From: Promethearchaeota archaeon
GTDB taxonomy: Archaea > Asgardarchaeota > Lokiarchaeia > Sigyniarchaeales > SOKP01
Direction: 5' to 3'
NCBI GenBank assembly: GCA_019058445.1
Contig: JAHPZA010000009.1
Location: 320,001 to 384,000 of the forward strand
Length of the DNA stretch: 64,000 bases
Positions within the stretch are counted from its first letter, which is position 1. Each line of letters begins with the position of its first letter. Both the position numbers and the translations under genes were made by a program. The notes under the pieces are model-generated. The model was not told where the DNA came from. It saw only the letters and a list, made by a program, of their open reading frames with translations, and did no database searches. Below are positions 47,391-58,029 of this stretch, one piece after another.

Positions 47391-48227
47391 TTATGAATTT
47401 TGAGTATTTTTCCTTGTAAAATCAATCCCATAAAAACCAATGACTATGACGACTAATATTCCCATGATAATTAGACTCAATAGCCATGGCATATAATTCC
47501 CACCTGGAGTAGGTTCCATTAAAGGTAAAAGAACAAATATCAAATTCATCCAGGTATGAATGATTAAAGCTGGGACGATGCTCTGCTCAGTGTTATTTTG
47601 TATCCATGCTATTATAAGACTAAACACTACTTCATTAAGTATAAACAACCAGAGAGGAATAAAATCATGATGAGGAAAACCTACCACAAAGAATAGCGGT
47701 AAATGCCAAAATCCCCAAATAAATCCTAAAATTAAATTTGCCAAAAGAGAATTAGTCTTTTCTTCCATTCGAGGTTTAGCATATCCTCTCCAACCAAATT
47801 CCTCTGCTAATGGACCATCAATCAATAAAGTAATAATAAACATCAAGGGAATTAGCCATAATGGAATAGTTGCAACTGGAAAGCTTCCTCTAAATAGAAG
47901 AACATTGATTAAATGTGCAAGAATAACTAATATAGGTAAAAGAATTATCAACGGTATCCACCACCATCCTAATTTAAAATTAAGCCATCTCTTCATATTG
48001 TTTTTAAAACCGCTCTTTCCTTCAAATTTTAAAGTTAGACTAAATGCTGACACCATTGGACCAAAGGGTGCAATCATTCCTAGTACGAAATATACTGTAT
48101 ATGAACCACCTATTAAACCATTTGTGTATAAAACAGCTGGAAACCATAAAGCCCATGTAAAAGCATATGTTATTATAAAGTATAAAAGTAAATCTCTATT
48201 CACATTCTCAGATTCCATATTTCTCAA
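47391..48227 (-). CDS. CPBP/Abi (type II CAAX) intramembrane protease
   Basis: EEFGWRG, WGFWHLP, IHTWMN. Confidence 0.92.
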   Translation of the reverse strand: MRNMESENVNRDLLLYFIITYAFTWALWFPAVLYTNGLIGGSYTVYFVLGMIAPFGPMVSAFSLTLKFEGKSGFKNNMKRWLNFKLGWWWIPLIILLPILVILAHLINVLLFRGSFPVATIPLWLIPLMFIITLLIDGPLAEEFGWRGYAKPRMEEKTNSLLANLILGFIWGFWHLPLFFVVGFPHHDFIPLWLFILNEVVFSLIIAWIQNNTEQSIVPALIIHTWMNLIFVLLPLMEPTPGGNYMPWLLSLIIMGILVVIVIGFYGIDFTRKNTQNS

Positions 48228-48350
48228 CCTTAAATTTGTGTGAATATATGAAATAATTAGATTATATTAATATTTATCATTATAATTAATAAATTTAAAA
48301 TCAAAATATCCGAATGAGCACAATAACCTCTAAATATTTAAAAGAAATAT

Positions 48351-48950
48351 CTATAATTTAAATTCTGCTAATCTCTTTATTACTTTTCTAATAGTTTTTA
48401 GACCCTCTTCATCATCTTCTACGCCTTCTTTACCTCGATCATTACTCCATAAACTAGCTCCTAAATTGGCTCCGAATGCACCTCCCGATACGGATATAAC
48501 ATGATTTTGTTGATAAAAATCTAATATTGTTCTAATAGCAATCTCCTGACCTCCACTCCGATCACCCCCAACTGCTAAAGCTATACCGATCTTATTCTTA
48601 AATACATTAGGATTCCTTGCTACTAAGGCCCGCATTCTATCCATAACCGTTTTTAATTGTCCGGATAACGTACCTTGAAAAACTGGAGTGCCTAACAGTA
48701 GAAATTTAGATTTTTCTACTTTAGGATATAGATCTTGTAAATCATCCTTATAAACGCATCCTTTTTTCTCTCGAATACAGTAATCACAATTAATGCAGAA
48801 TTTTATATCCTTGGCTCTTACAGTCCAAAATTCTGTTTTAAAGCCAAACTTTTCTGAGGCATAATTTAAAGCATAATGTACAGCAAATTCAGTACCCTGA
48901 TTTCTTGGGCTTGCACATATGCCTAAAAAGTAGTTTTCATCTTCACTCAT
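48351..48950 (-). CDS. Iron-sulfur flavoprotein (ISF; flavodoxin family)
   Basis: SPR..GT, CINCDYC-x5-C, TPVF, GGQE. Confidence 0.88.
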   Translation of the reverse strand: MSEDENYFLGICASPRNQGTEFAVHYALNYASEKFGFKTEFWTVRAKDIKFCINCDYCIREKKGCVYKDDLQDLYPKVEKSKFLLLGTPVFQGTLSGQLKTVMDRMRALVARNPNVFKNKIGIALAVGGDRSGGQEIAIRTILDFYQQNHVISVSGGAFGANLGASLWSNDRGKEGVEDDEEGLKTIRKVIKRLAEFKL

Positions 48951-49081
48951 AATGATTCTTAGGTTTTTTATAGAATTAAAGCTATCGAAAATAGAATATT
49001 TTGAAAACTATTTTTCTGTTATAAAATTTATTTTATTAAAAAAAAAAAAGAACTTAACAACAAAGCGGTGAATAAACAAAA

Positions 49082-50011
49082 ATGATGAGTTTGGACAAAA
49101 TTTTGAGGGATGGAAAGCTACATATTTTTTTATTAGGGAGTGGTGGACCAATTAACAATAATTTAAGAGTTGCTCCAAGTATAGCTGTGATAGCAAACGG
49201 GGAATTTATTCTTGTTGACGTTGGACCTGGTTCATACCGAAATCTTGACATATTAAGACTTCCAGCTGCGCATTTAAGTGCGATTTTTCTCACACACTTT
49301 CACTCAGATCATATCGGAGATTTAGGTGAGGCAAATGTATTATCTTGCGCTAATGGAAGAATAAAACCATTAGAAGTATATGGTCCAGAAGGAGTAGAAA
49401 AAGTAGTGAATGGATTTATTATGGCGTATGAACAAGATTCAAAATATAGAAATGACCATCATGGAGATGAGGTTTTTAATCTTGAGATTGCTACTCCTAT
49501 AAGTAAAACTATAAAGCTACCAGATCCTAACGAGAAAGAATTAGTTTTTGATAGAAATGAGCTAAAAGTTTATGCATTTGAAGTGGATCATTCTCCTGTA
49601 AAACCTGCTCTAGGCTATAGGATTGAATTTAAAGGAATGAATGTTGCTATAACCGGTGACACTATAAAGACGGAAAACCTCGTTAAACATTGTAAGAATG
49701 CAGATATTCTTTTTAGTGAAGCCATTTCTTATGATATGTTAAAAACCGTGATTGCCGGAGCACAAGCACGTAACCTTTCTAGAGTCGTTAAAATTTTGAC
49801 AGATATTCAAGAATATCACATGGAACCTGTTGTAGCTGCCAAATTAGCTAAAGAGGCAGATGTAAAGAAAATTGTATTTGTCCATATTGTACCTCCACTA
49901 ACAAATAAATTGGCTGAACAAACATATTTAAAAGGCGTTTCTGATGTTTTTGATGGAGAAATTGTTTTGGGTGAAGATAACATGAAATTTCGATTAGATC
50001 CAAAACGATAA
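49082..50011 (+). CDS. MBL-fold hydrolase of the RNase Z/AtsA subgroup
   Basis: LLGSGGP, THFHSDH, VDH, ITGDT, EA, YH, FVH. Confidence 0.85.
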   Translation: MMSLDKILRDGKLHIFLLGSGGPINNNLRVAPSIAVIANGEFILVDVGPGSYRNLDILRLPAAHLSAIFLTHFHSDHIGDLGEANVLSCANGRIKPLEVYGPEGVEKVVNGFIMAYEQDSKYRNDHHGDEVFNLEIATPISKTIKLPDPNEKELVFDRNELKVYAFEVDHSPVKPALGYRIEFKGMNVAITGDTIKTENLVKHCKNADILFSEAISYDMLKTVIAGAQARNLSRVVKILTDIQEYHMEPVVAAKLAKEADVKKIVFVHIVPPLTNKLAEQTYLKGVSDVFDGEIVLGEDNMKFRLDPKR

Positions 50012-50154
50012 GGTATTAAAAAACTCTAGATGCGATAATTTTCAATAAATAACCTCCATCCCTAGGAAATGGATGTGGATTCTCTACTGATTTCCATTAT
50101 TTTATATAGAGATTAGATAAAAAATAAAAATTAAAGAAAGTTTTTTACTTTAAT

Positions 50155-50808
50155 ATGTCCTTTGAGAAACCATCGTTAGCACGAGTGAAAATTAAATTTC
50201 CAGATAAAATATGGATATCTCAAATTTTTAATAATTATAAAGATTTACAGATGGAAATTTCTTATTTTTTACCATATGACATCGAAAAATCAATTGGAAA
50301 TGCATTAATTGAAATAAAACATTACAAAATTGAGGAAATTATAGAGGAAATCAAACATCATCCATCTGTGTTTGAGTTTAGTTTATTAGAAAAGGAAGAA
50401 CATCGAATCAAATTCAATGTAAAAACAAAAGATCCCTATCTATTATACGGAGTAATTAAATGCGGGGTACTTGTCAATTTTCCGGTTAATGTTAGAGAGG
50501 GTTTTGCATATTGGAGATTAATTGCCACTCGCGAACGGATAGATGAATTACTCACGTTATTTGATGAGAGACAGATTAATTATGAATTACTTAGAATAGG
50601 AAATGCTCCATATGAAATAACCGATGATAAAAATAAACTAAGTCTGGAAGAATCTGAAGTTCTTGACCAGGCAATAAACTCAGGTTTTTTTGAAGTTCCA
50701 AGGAAAATTTCTCTAGAGGAATTGGCAAATCAATTAGGGAAATCTAAATCTGCACTATCAGTAATGTTGAGAAAAATAATTAAAAAGAAAGTAATGTTCG
50801 AAGAATGA
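50155..50808 (+). CDS. HTH-10 (bacterio-opsin activator type) transcriptional regulator
   Basis: C-terminal A...GFFEVPRKISLEELA..LG.SKSALS..LRK. Confidence 0.88.
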   Translation: MSFEKPSLARVKIKFPDKIWISQIFNNYKDLQMEISYFLPYDIEKSIGNALIEIKHYKIEEIIEEIKHHPSVFEFSLLEKEEHRIKFNVKTKDPYLLYGVIKCGVLVNFPVNVREGFAYWRLIATRERIDELLTLFDERQINYELLRIGNAPYEITDDKNKLSLEESEVLDQAINSGFFEVPRKISLEELANQLGKSKSALSVMLRKIIKKKVMFEE

Positions 50809-50810
50809 AT

Positions 50811-51632
50811 CTAGCAATAAAATTTACTAATTCTTTTCTCTAACTCATCCTTAGTTATATGATTAGCATTTAAAATGAATTCGCTTAACGGAGTCATGTC
50901 ATCAATTTCTAATACATTATCCGGGCAATTAACCAAGCATTTTAAGCACCTTAAACATTTTTTATTATCTGCCTCACCAATATCGGCATTCATTGCCTGA
51001 GAAGGGCATACTTCTTCACAGGTTCGACACATACTACAGTCCTTTCCTCTCCTCGACGGGGTGGGAAGAGTTTTTTCCCTATGCTCGAACCTCTGAAAAA
51101 CATGATTTGAAATAAGGGGATTTTCAACCTGCAGACTATTAGTTTCTTTTTCTTGAAACTTTTTCATAATATTTCTTGCAAATCTTTTTGCTAAGTCGTA
51201 ATCTCTCTTATCTGGTCGCTTCTCTAAAAAATTCCATCCTGCTAAATTAAATGTATGTTTTCCAGGAAATTCTGAAGAAGCAACTAGAATAAAATTACTT
51301 TGTTCTAAAATTTCTCTAGTATTAAAATGTGCCCCACCAACAGCAACACCACCATAGGTAAAGAAGGTAGCGCATTTTTTTCCCTCTCCATTTAGAGATT
51401 TAAGCCAATCTCTTACAACTGCTGGTATCCGCCAAGCATATATAGGAGCTCCGAAGATAAAGGCATTATAAGGAGATAAATCATATTTCTGTTGCCTTTG
51501 CTTATAGCTTGTAATATTAAAAGTATCAATCTCAACATTCATTCCTGCTAATTCATCTGCAATTGCTGCAGCAATATGTTCTGTGTTTCCAGTCCCAGAA
51601 AAGTAGAATAATCCTAATTTCAATAAATCCAC
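50811..51632 (-). CDS. Flavodoxin plus 4Fe-4S dicluster fusion (EFR1-like)
   Basis: YFSGTGNT, PIY, TYGG; CSMCRTCEEVCP, CLRCLKCLVNCP. Confidence 0.88.
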   Translation of the reverse strand: MDLLKLGLFYFSGTGNTEHIAAAIADELAGMNVEIDTFNITSYKQRQQKYDLSPYNAFIFGAPIYAWRIPAVVRDWLKSLNGEGKKCATFFTYGGVAVGGAHFNTREILEQSNFILVASSEFPGKHTFNLAGWNFLEKRPDKRDYDLAKRFARNIMKKFQEKETNSLQVENPLISNHVFQRFEHREKTLPTPSRRGKDCSMCRTCEEVCPSQAMNADIGEADNKKCLRCLKCLVNCPDNVLEIDDMTPLSEFILNANHITKDELEKRISKFYC

Positions 51633-51658
51633 CTAATTATTTGAAAAAATACATTCCA

Positions 51659-54055
51659 TTATAAATTAATTTCTAAACGATTGATTATATCGTTTTGGAT
51701 AGCTGTTCCCAGATCGGTAAAATTAGCATTGTATCCTCCCACTTTTACTATTAAATCAGGATAATTCTCAGGATGTTTTTGAGCATCTCTTAAAGTATCA
51801 GTAGATACAACCGTAGGTTGGATTTGCATACCACCCTTATTAAAATAGGTTCTTAGGAGGTGATAAAACTTCTCTACGTTTTTATCTCCCTCAAAATTTT
51901 GAGGATGAAATCTCGCATTAATAGCTACTCCATTCGTTGCTAACGAATAGTTTAATTTTGCAATTGAATTTAAAGCTGCTGTTATACCATTGCGTTCAGT
52001 TTGGTTAGTTGGAGATAAGCTATTAGATAATGGCTGAAATGATTTTCTACCATCTGCCGAAGCTAAAGTAATTAGACCTTCTAGTACATGTATGCCCATA
52101 GTATAGCATCCAGGATTAAATCGACCTCCTCTAATGGGTTTATGTTTCACTACTTCTTGACAATAGAGGTCCCATAATTCAACTGCCATAGCATCAACTT
52201 CGTCTTGATCATTACCCCATTTTTGATATTTATTTAATAATTCCTTATGAAGTATATTTTGTCTTTTGAAGTTTGAATTTAAAATATTTACAAATTCGGG
52301 AAGAGTAATTAATTTTTGCTCATAGACTAGTTTTTTTATATTATACATTGAGTTTACCAAACTTGCAAAACTGAAGGCCGTTATCGAAGAGAAATTATAT
52401 TTTGCGCCACCCTGGGTATAATCTTTTCCTTTTTCTAAACATTCCTCTAGTGTTGCAGAGATAAATGACTGCTGACACCATTTCATAGCTTCATCGTCCA
52501 TTAAATTAGCAATTTGTGCAGCTTTTTTAATATTAAACTGAAGCTGTTTTTTAAAAGCTTTATAAAAATCTTTATACGTTTTAAAGCTAGCAGGATCCCC
52601 TGTTTGTAATCCATCAATCTGACTAGAAAAATGACTATAGCCATTATTGAGGGTCAATTCCAATACACCAGGTAAATTCAAAAACATATGTCCCGTAGCT
52701 GCGAATGTATTTCCTTGAGAGGTGGGTTCGACACATCCAATAATGACATAATTACGCGCGTCATCTAACGAATATCCTGCTTTATGTAAAGCCGGAACGA
52801 TAATTTCGTCATTATAAAAAGCGATTCCCGAGGTGGATTGAAAAACTTTTAAAGCTTCAAGAAAAAAGTTCTTAGGAGTACTTTTATGAATTCTAATGGA
52901 AAGATCCGAGGTAAGGGATTTAAGATTTTTATAGGCTTCTAAGAACATATAAGAGAGTTCATTTGTAGTATCCTCCCCGTTCGTATCAATCCCAGAAATA
53001 GTAATAGTTTGCGTATTTAACCCTATTGCATTCGCTGCTGCAGTATAATTCGTAGGCAATAACGTACAATTCCATGTAAGTTTTAAGTTTAATTCCTCTA
53101 TAAGCTCTAACGCAAACTCTCTTGTTACTTTATTTTCTTTAACATCATTATAATAATAAGACCATAAGATTTGATCTAGTCTACCTAAAGCTAAAACACT
53201 CCTATAATAAATGATATTTGCAATATTCTGAGTGAACCATATATATTGAACTGCTTCATAGAATGATTTTGGTGAGCTTTTTGAGAGATTTTCCATACAC
53301 TCTGCGATTGAAATCAATTCGCTTCTTCTTTTTATGTCATTTTCCCTTTTAGCCATTTGATGAGCAAGTTCAGAATAGCGAAGCGCAAACTCTATTGCGG
53401 CATGATAATATATTTTGACTGCCTCATAAAATGCATTCTTCTCTTTATATTCAGGATCAGCTTTCTCTAATCTCTTTTGAAAATACTCAGTCTCTTTAAT
53501 TATACCAGGATATCCTAGTTTCAATAATTTTTCGTACCCCGCACATATATGCCCCTCATTCGTTCCAGTCATTACAGCTATATTTGGTGCAGACGCAGCA
53601 GTATTATCATCTCTTAATAAAATTTTCTCCTCTTGCATTCTATTGTATATTATATCACCATACAGGGATTTCCCTTCCCAATACGGAATAATTTGCATCA
53701 GACTTTCAATATCTTCATCTGAAATATGAAAAGGTTGTGGTTTACGTTCTCCTAATTTTCTCAAACTTTCTTTATCTGTAAAACCTCTAAAAGAATGCAG
53801 TTCAAAAGTCAATTTTTCACCAAGATTTTTACTTGTTTCATTTCCAACAAGTAATTCATCATCTCTAATGAAAATTGTCATATTTTTTAATGTATGGGCG
53901 ATAGCCTTGGCTTTTTTTATGATTTCTGGGTCCTCTTCATTACTTTTATAAATTTCAGTAAAAAATTTAAGCCGCTGCACGCATAAATCATAGGAGCTTG
54001 AGAGCAAATTCTCTTTTAATTTGATCGTCCTTTTATTTTTTGCATTAGAAGCCAA
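51659..54055 (-). CDS. Glycyl radical enzyme (PFL2/eliminase-like, substrate unknown)
   Basis: IRDDELLVG, GRLDQ.L, GCVEP (thiyl Cys loop), ASADGR, DAQKHPENY.DLIVKVGGY (glycyl loop). Confidence 0.9.
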   Translation of the reverse strand: MASNAKNKRTIKLKENLLSSSYDLCVQRLKFFTEIYKSNEEDPEIIKKAKAIAHTLKNMTIFIRDDELLVGNETSKNLGEKLTFELHSFRGFTDKESLRKLGERKPQPFHISDEDIESLMQIIPYWEGKSLYGDIIYNRMQEEKILLRDDNTAASAPNIAVMTGTNEGHICAGYEKLLKLGYPGIIKETEYFQKRLEKADPEYKEKNAFYEAVKIYYHAAIEFALRYSELAHQMAKRENDIKRRSELISIAECMENLSKSSPKSFYEAVQYIWFTQNIANIIYYRSVLALGRLDQILWSYYYNDVKENKVTREFALELIEELNLKLTWNCTLLPTNYTAAANAIGLNTQTITISGIDTNGEDTTNELSYMFLEAYKNLKSLTSDLSIRIHKSTPKNFFLEALKVFQSTSGIAFYNDEIIVPALHKAGYSLDDARNYVIIGCVEPTSQGNTFAATGHMFLNLPGVLELTLNNGYSHFSSQIDGLQTGDPASFKTYKDFYKAFKKQLQFNIKKAAQIANLMDDEAMKWCQQSFISATLEECLEKGKDYTQGGAKYNFSSITAFSFASLVNSMYNIKKLVYEQKLITLPEFVNILNSNFKRQNILHKELLNKYQKWGNDQDEVDAMAVELWDLYCQEVVKHKPIRGGRFNPGCYTMGIHVLEGLITLASADGRKSFQPLSNSLSPTNQTERNGITAALNSIAKLNYSLATNGVAINARFHPQNFEGDKNVEKFYHLLRTYFNKGGMQIQPTVVSTDTLRDAQKHPENYPDLIVKVGGYNANFTDLGTAIQNDIINRLEINL

Positions 54056-54231
54056 TCTTAAATCCTCGTAAAATCTTCTCTAGGTATAATAATATTAAAG
54101 CTACATAAAAATTATCCTTTAATATTTAATAGCATTTCAAATTAAAAACTAAGATGACTTGTATTAAATTTGAATTTAAAAGAATAAAATAAATAATGAA
54201 AAATCGAATATAATTTTCAAATTCATGCTTA

Positions 54232-55023
54232 CTATAACCATTCTTCACGTAGTATATCGCCTTGTAAGCTAACAATAATATTTTTAATTGGGACTTTCCT
54301 TTTTGCTCTCGCAGCACCCTCTTTCGCGAGATATACTAATCCAGAACAGCATGGAACTTGCATAGTAAGAACTGTCAGTGTATTGATCTTCGCATCATCC
54401 ATCCACGATCGTATCTTTTCTATATACACTTCTTGCCCTTGATCTAATTTTGGGCAGGCAATAGCAAGTGATTTCCCTTTTAAATATTCGGGATGAAATC
54501 CTCCTAAGGAATATCCTACACAATCAGCAGCAAGTAATACATCCGCACCTTGGTAGTAAGGAGCTGTTGGAGAGATTAAATGCATTTGAATCGGCCACTG
54601 TCGTAATTGAGATTTGATTGATCCCTCTATTACTTGTTCATCTCCATCATCACATTCGGTAAAAGTCATAGTACGCGATCCTGGACATCCACATGCAATA
54701 TTACCAGACTCATCAGCTGCTAGATGTAGCTCCTTTTGTTGAGTAGATTTTTGATTCTCAAGATGTTCTTCCACAGCTTTTTCATCAAATTCTACAGCTT
54801 CACGCTCGATTATTCTTAGAGCACCAGCAGGGCATTCACCGAGGCATGCACCCAGCCCATCACAAAATACATCACTTATCACCTTAGCTTTACCGTCAAT
54901 TATCTCTAATGCTCCCTCTGCGCAAGTAATTACACAATTGCCACAACCCGTGCATAAATCCTCATCAATTTCAATTATTTTTCTATTAACCAATTTTTTT
55001 TGTTCAGCTACTGTCATTTTCAT
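54232..55023 (-). CDS. 4Fe-4S dicluster protein with Cys-rich C-terminal domain
   Basis: CTGCGNCVITC, CDGLGACLGECP, CGCPG, QWPIQ, AADC, ACPKLD, VPCC. Confidence 0.85.
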   Translation of the reverse strand: MKMTVAEQKKLVNRKIIEIDEDLCTGCGNCVITCAEGALEIIDGKAKVISDVFCDGLGACLGECPAGALRIIEREAVEFDEKAVEEHLENQKSTQQKELHLAADESGNIACGCPGSRTMTFTECDDGDEQVIEGSIKSQLRQWPIQMHLISPTAPYYQGADVLLAADCVGYSLGGFHPEYLKGKSLAIACPKLDQGQEVYIEKIRSWMDDAKINTLTVLTMQVPCCSGLVYLAKEGAARAKRKVPIKNIIVSLQGDILREEWL

Positions 55024-55082
55024 GATACTACTTTTTATTTCTTAATTAAAAAGTAAATCGATTTGCATATATCTTTACTTGC

Positions 55083-55092
55083 GAACATGTTC
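55083..55092. promoter_or_regulatory. Palindrome GAACATGTTC between divergent redox genes
   Basis: Perfect 10-bp palindrome in a 122-bp divergent intergenic region. Confidence 0.3.
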
Positions 55093-55145
55093 AAATTAAC
55101 AAATCATAATAAAAACCTTAAAATAAGAAGAAAAATCAATAAAAA

Positions 55146-56495
55146 ATGATGAAAGTTGTAATTATAGGAAATGGAGTAGCAGGTACTTTTACGGCTCAAC
55201 ATATTCGAAATCATGATGAAAATGTTGAGATTGAAATTTATTCACAAGAAAGTTATCCCTATTATACTCGAATAAAACTTCCAGAATTAATTAGTGAGCG
55301 GGTCAAGATTGATGATCTCATTGTTTTTAAAAAAGAATGGTATGAAAAGAAGAATATTAAAACTCATCTAAATAAAAATATTATTTCAATTGATCCCAAG
55401 CAAAAGCAAATATTTATAGAAGATGAGAATGAGCCTGTAGCTTATGATAAGCTCATTCTTGCTACAGGAAGCATGCCAAATATCCCACCTATTAAGAACG
55501 CAGTTGAAATGGTTGGCAAGGGAGTTTTTACCTTACGTAATATAGATAATGCTTTGGAGATTCGAAAATATATTAAAACTAATGAGATTAAGAAAGCTGT
55601 CATTATTGGTGGAGGTTTATTGGGATTAGAATTAGCAAGACAAATAAAAAATTGCGACTTAAATACAACGGTTGTAGAATTTTTTCCCAGGCTATTACCT
55701 CGCCAATTGGATGTGGGTTGTGGAGATATGCTGAAAGAAGATATAGAAAAAATGGGGATAAAAGTAGTGCTAGACGCAGCAACTGAAGAGATTGAAGTAA
55801 ACGGGACTATAAAAGGAATTAAAATAAAGGATGGAAGGAAAATTGAAGCAGACATCGTTTTAATTCAGGCAGGTGTAAGAAACACAATTGGTCTAGCAAA
55901 GAATGCAAATTTAGAGACTAATCGAGGGATTGTTGTCAATAAATACTTAGAAACTAGTGAAGAGGATATATATGCTGTTGGAGACTGCATAGAATACAAG
56001 AATCAAACTTGGGGGATTATTCCCGCTTGCCTAGAGCAATCTAAAATACTGGCAGCATCTGTTATAGGTAATCGAAATATCGAATATGAAGGTACGGTTC
56101 CAAAAAATACATTAAAGATCGTTGGAATAGATCTCACTTCTGTTGGAATATATGATCCTTCAGATAAAGATCTTGTTGGTGCAGGGTGGGATATTATGAA
56201 AAACATAGATAAAAAAGGAGGATGTTATAAAAAAATCGTGTTGAAAGATAACACTCTCAAGGGAGCAATCTTATTTGGAGAAAAAGAGGCAATTCCATAT
56301 GTTAATAAACACATTGAAAAACAGATAAACGAATCAGAGCTAAGAGAAGCTATTAATTTATATAAATGGATATGTGGAGGTTGTGGAGCAGAATATGATG
56401 ATGCTAAAATGGAGATATTATTCAAAGATTTACCTGAAGATTGGAAATGCCCTAATTGTAAAGGCCCCAAGTCAGGATTTAAGAAAAAAATATAA
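55146..56495 (+). CDS. NAD(P)H:rubredoxin oxidoreductase-like flavoprotein with fused C-terminal rubredoxin
   Basis: GNGVAG, ATGS, GGGLLGLE, IYAVGD; C-terminal WICGGCGAEYD...LPEDWKCPNC. Confidence 0.9.
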   Translation: MMKVVIIGNGVAGTFTAQHIRNHDENVEIEIYSQESYPYYTRIKLPELISERVKIDDLIVFKKEWYEKKNIKTHLNKNIISIDPKQKQIFIEDENEPVAYDKLILATGSMPNIPPIKNAVEMVGKGVFTLRNIDNALEIRKYIKTNEIKKAVIIGGGLLGLELARQIKNCDLNTTVVEFFPRLLPRQLDVGCGDMLKEDIEKMGIKVVLDAATEEIEVNGTIKGIKIKDGRKIEADIVLIQAGVRNTIGLAKNANLETNRGIVVNKYLETSEEDIYAVGDCIEYKNQTWGIIPACLEQSKILAASVIGNRNIEYEGTVPKNTLKIVGIDLTSVGIYDPSDKDLVGAGWDIMKNIDKKGGCYKKIVLKDNTLKGAILFGEKEAIPYVNKHIEKQINESELREAINLYKWICGGCGAEYDDAKMEILFKDLPEDWKCPNCKGPKSGFKKKI

Positions 56496-56533
56496 ATTTT
56501 AAAAAACACCATAGAAAAAATATTTGAAAAAGT

Positions 56534-56674
56534 ATGCCAACATATAGATGTAAACGATGTCAATTTCTCTATATTGATGAGAGAAGGGAAATTCCTTTTG
56601 AAGAACTCGATGAAAAGTTTAAATGCCCTAGGTGTCGGTGTTCAAAAAAAATGTTTGAATGTTTAGAAAGGTAG
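56534..56674 (+). CDS. Rubredoxin (46 aa; not in ORF track)
   Basis: Manual translation MPTYRCKRCQFLYIDERREIPFEELDEKFKCPRCRCSKKMFECLER; YxCxxC...FEEL...FxCPxC...K..F pattern. Confidence 0.85.
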   Translation: MPTYRCKRCQFLYIDERREIPFEELDEKFKCPRCRCSKKMFECLER

Positions 56675-56706
56675 TAAATCTTTAAAAATTCAAATGTGGT
56701 GAGATA

Positions 56707-58029
56707 ATGAAGAACTCCATTAAGAAAATGATTTTATTATTAATTTATTTTTCCAGTCCATTAGCTGTTATTCTCTTATTCTATATTTTAAATCCCTCAG
56801 TATTATCTCAACGTCCATTAAGACAGCTAGCAAATATCCTAGGTCTTACAGCTTATATCATTCTTATTTATGAGTTTGTGTTAACCTCCAGATTAAAGGT
56901 AATTGATAGGATTTTTGGAATGGATCGGATTATTTTATTTCACATAATTATGTCCGCTATTGCAATACAGTTAGCAGTTGTGCATGGGCTTATCATGTTT
57001 TATATAAGTGAAACAACTATCATTCTGATTGGATCGGGAATTAATCTCTTAGCACAATTTATTATTTTGATGGCAGTAGGCGCAATTTTTTTACATGGGT
57101 CTGGAAAGAAAATAAAAAAACTAGATTATAACGTAGCAAAGACAATACACAATTTAACAATTATTACAACATCTTTTTTATTTCTACATGCATTAGGTAC
57201 TAATCTTAATTATCCATCTCCAATTATACTTATTATATATACTCTTTTTTATTTATTGGCATTAGGATCTTGGCTAAATCTTAAAGTAATTCGAATAAGA
57301 AAAGTGAAAAACAATCCTTATGAAATTATTCAGGTAAAAAATGAGGCAGGTTCTTACTGGACATTAACATTAAAACCGAAGAATGCAGAAATTCTAGATT
57401 ATTCACCAGGACAATATGGCTATCTCTCCATAAAATCTCAAGAAGTATCAAAAGAATTTCATCCATTTTCATTTGCATCAAGTCCCGTAAAAAATGACTC
57501 TATTAGCTTTACGATAAAAGAATTAGGGGATTATACTAATCAAATTGGAACAGTTAAAATTGGAGAAACTGCTTATATTGAGGGACCTTATGGAATTTTT
57601 AATGCCCTTAAATCTAAAGCGAATCACCTAGTTTTAATTGCTGGAGGATCGGGTATTACACCCTTTCTTAGCCTGCTCCGTTATATGAAAGACACTAAGA
57701 ACACTAGAAAAGTAACTCTAATTTGGGGTGTAAAATTTCCTTATGAATTATTTCTGAATGATGAGTTTGAAGAAATGAAAAGGATAAATCCAAATTTAGC
57801 TATAATTCCGGTAATTTCTGATGATGAGAGTTGGGAAGGTGAATCTGGATTTATTGATCGCGAAAAACTAGAGCGTTTAGCTCCTTGTGTTGATCCTGGA
57901 AAAGAAATCCAAAAAAATGATTATTATATTTGCGGACCCCCAGCTATGGTAAAAAATGTACGACCTGCATTGAAATCATTGGGTGTAAATAAAAGTAAAT
58001 ACCTTCACACTGAAAAATTTTATCGTTAA
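56707..58029 (+). CDS. Ferric-reductase/NOX-family membrane flavocytochrome
   Basis: About six TMs with H-x13-H and H-x12-H heme ligand pairs; PGQY, HPFS, GGSGITPF, CGP, C-terminal EKF. Confidence 0.88.
   Translation: MKNSIKKMILLLIYFSSPLAVILLFYILNPSVLSQRPLRQLANILGLTAYIILIYEFVLTSRLKVIDRIFGMDRIILFHIIMSAIAIQLAVVHGLIMFYISETTIILIGSGINLLAQFIILMAVGAIFLHGSGKKIKKLDYNVAKTIHNLTIITTSFLFLHALGTNLNYPSPIILIIYTLFYLLALGSWLNLKVIRIRKVKNNPYEIIQVKNEAGSYWTLTLKPKNAEILDYSPGQYGYLSIKSQEVSKEFHPFSFASSPVKNDSISFTIKELGDYTNQIGTVKIGETAYIEGPYGIFNALKSKANHLVLIAGGSGITPFLSLLRYMKDTKNTRKVTLIWGVKFPYELFLNDEFEEMKRINPNLAIIPVISDDESWEGESGFIDREKLERLAPCVDPGKEIQKNDYYICGPPAMVKNVRPALKSLGVNKSKYLHTEKFYR

Noticed and set aside
50052-50097. Imperfect hairpins upstream of the HTH-10 gene as an ncRNA or riboswitch
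   Set aside because: The stems are short, bulged and mutually exclusive, with no recognisable family motif.
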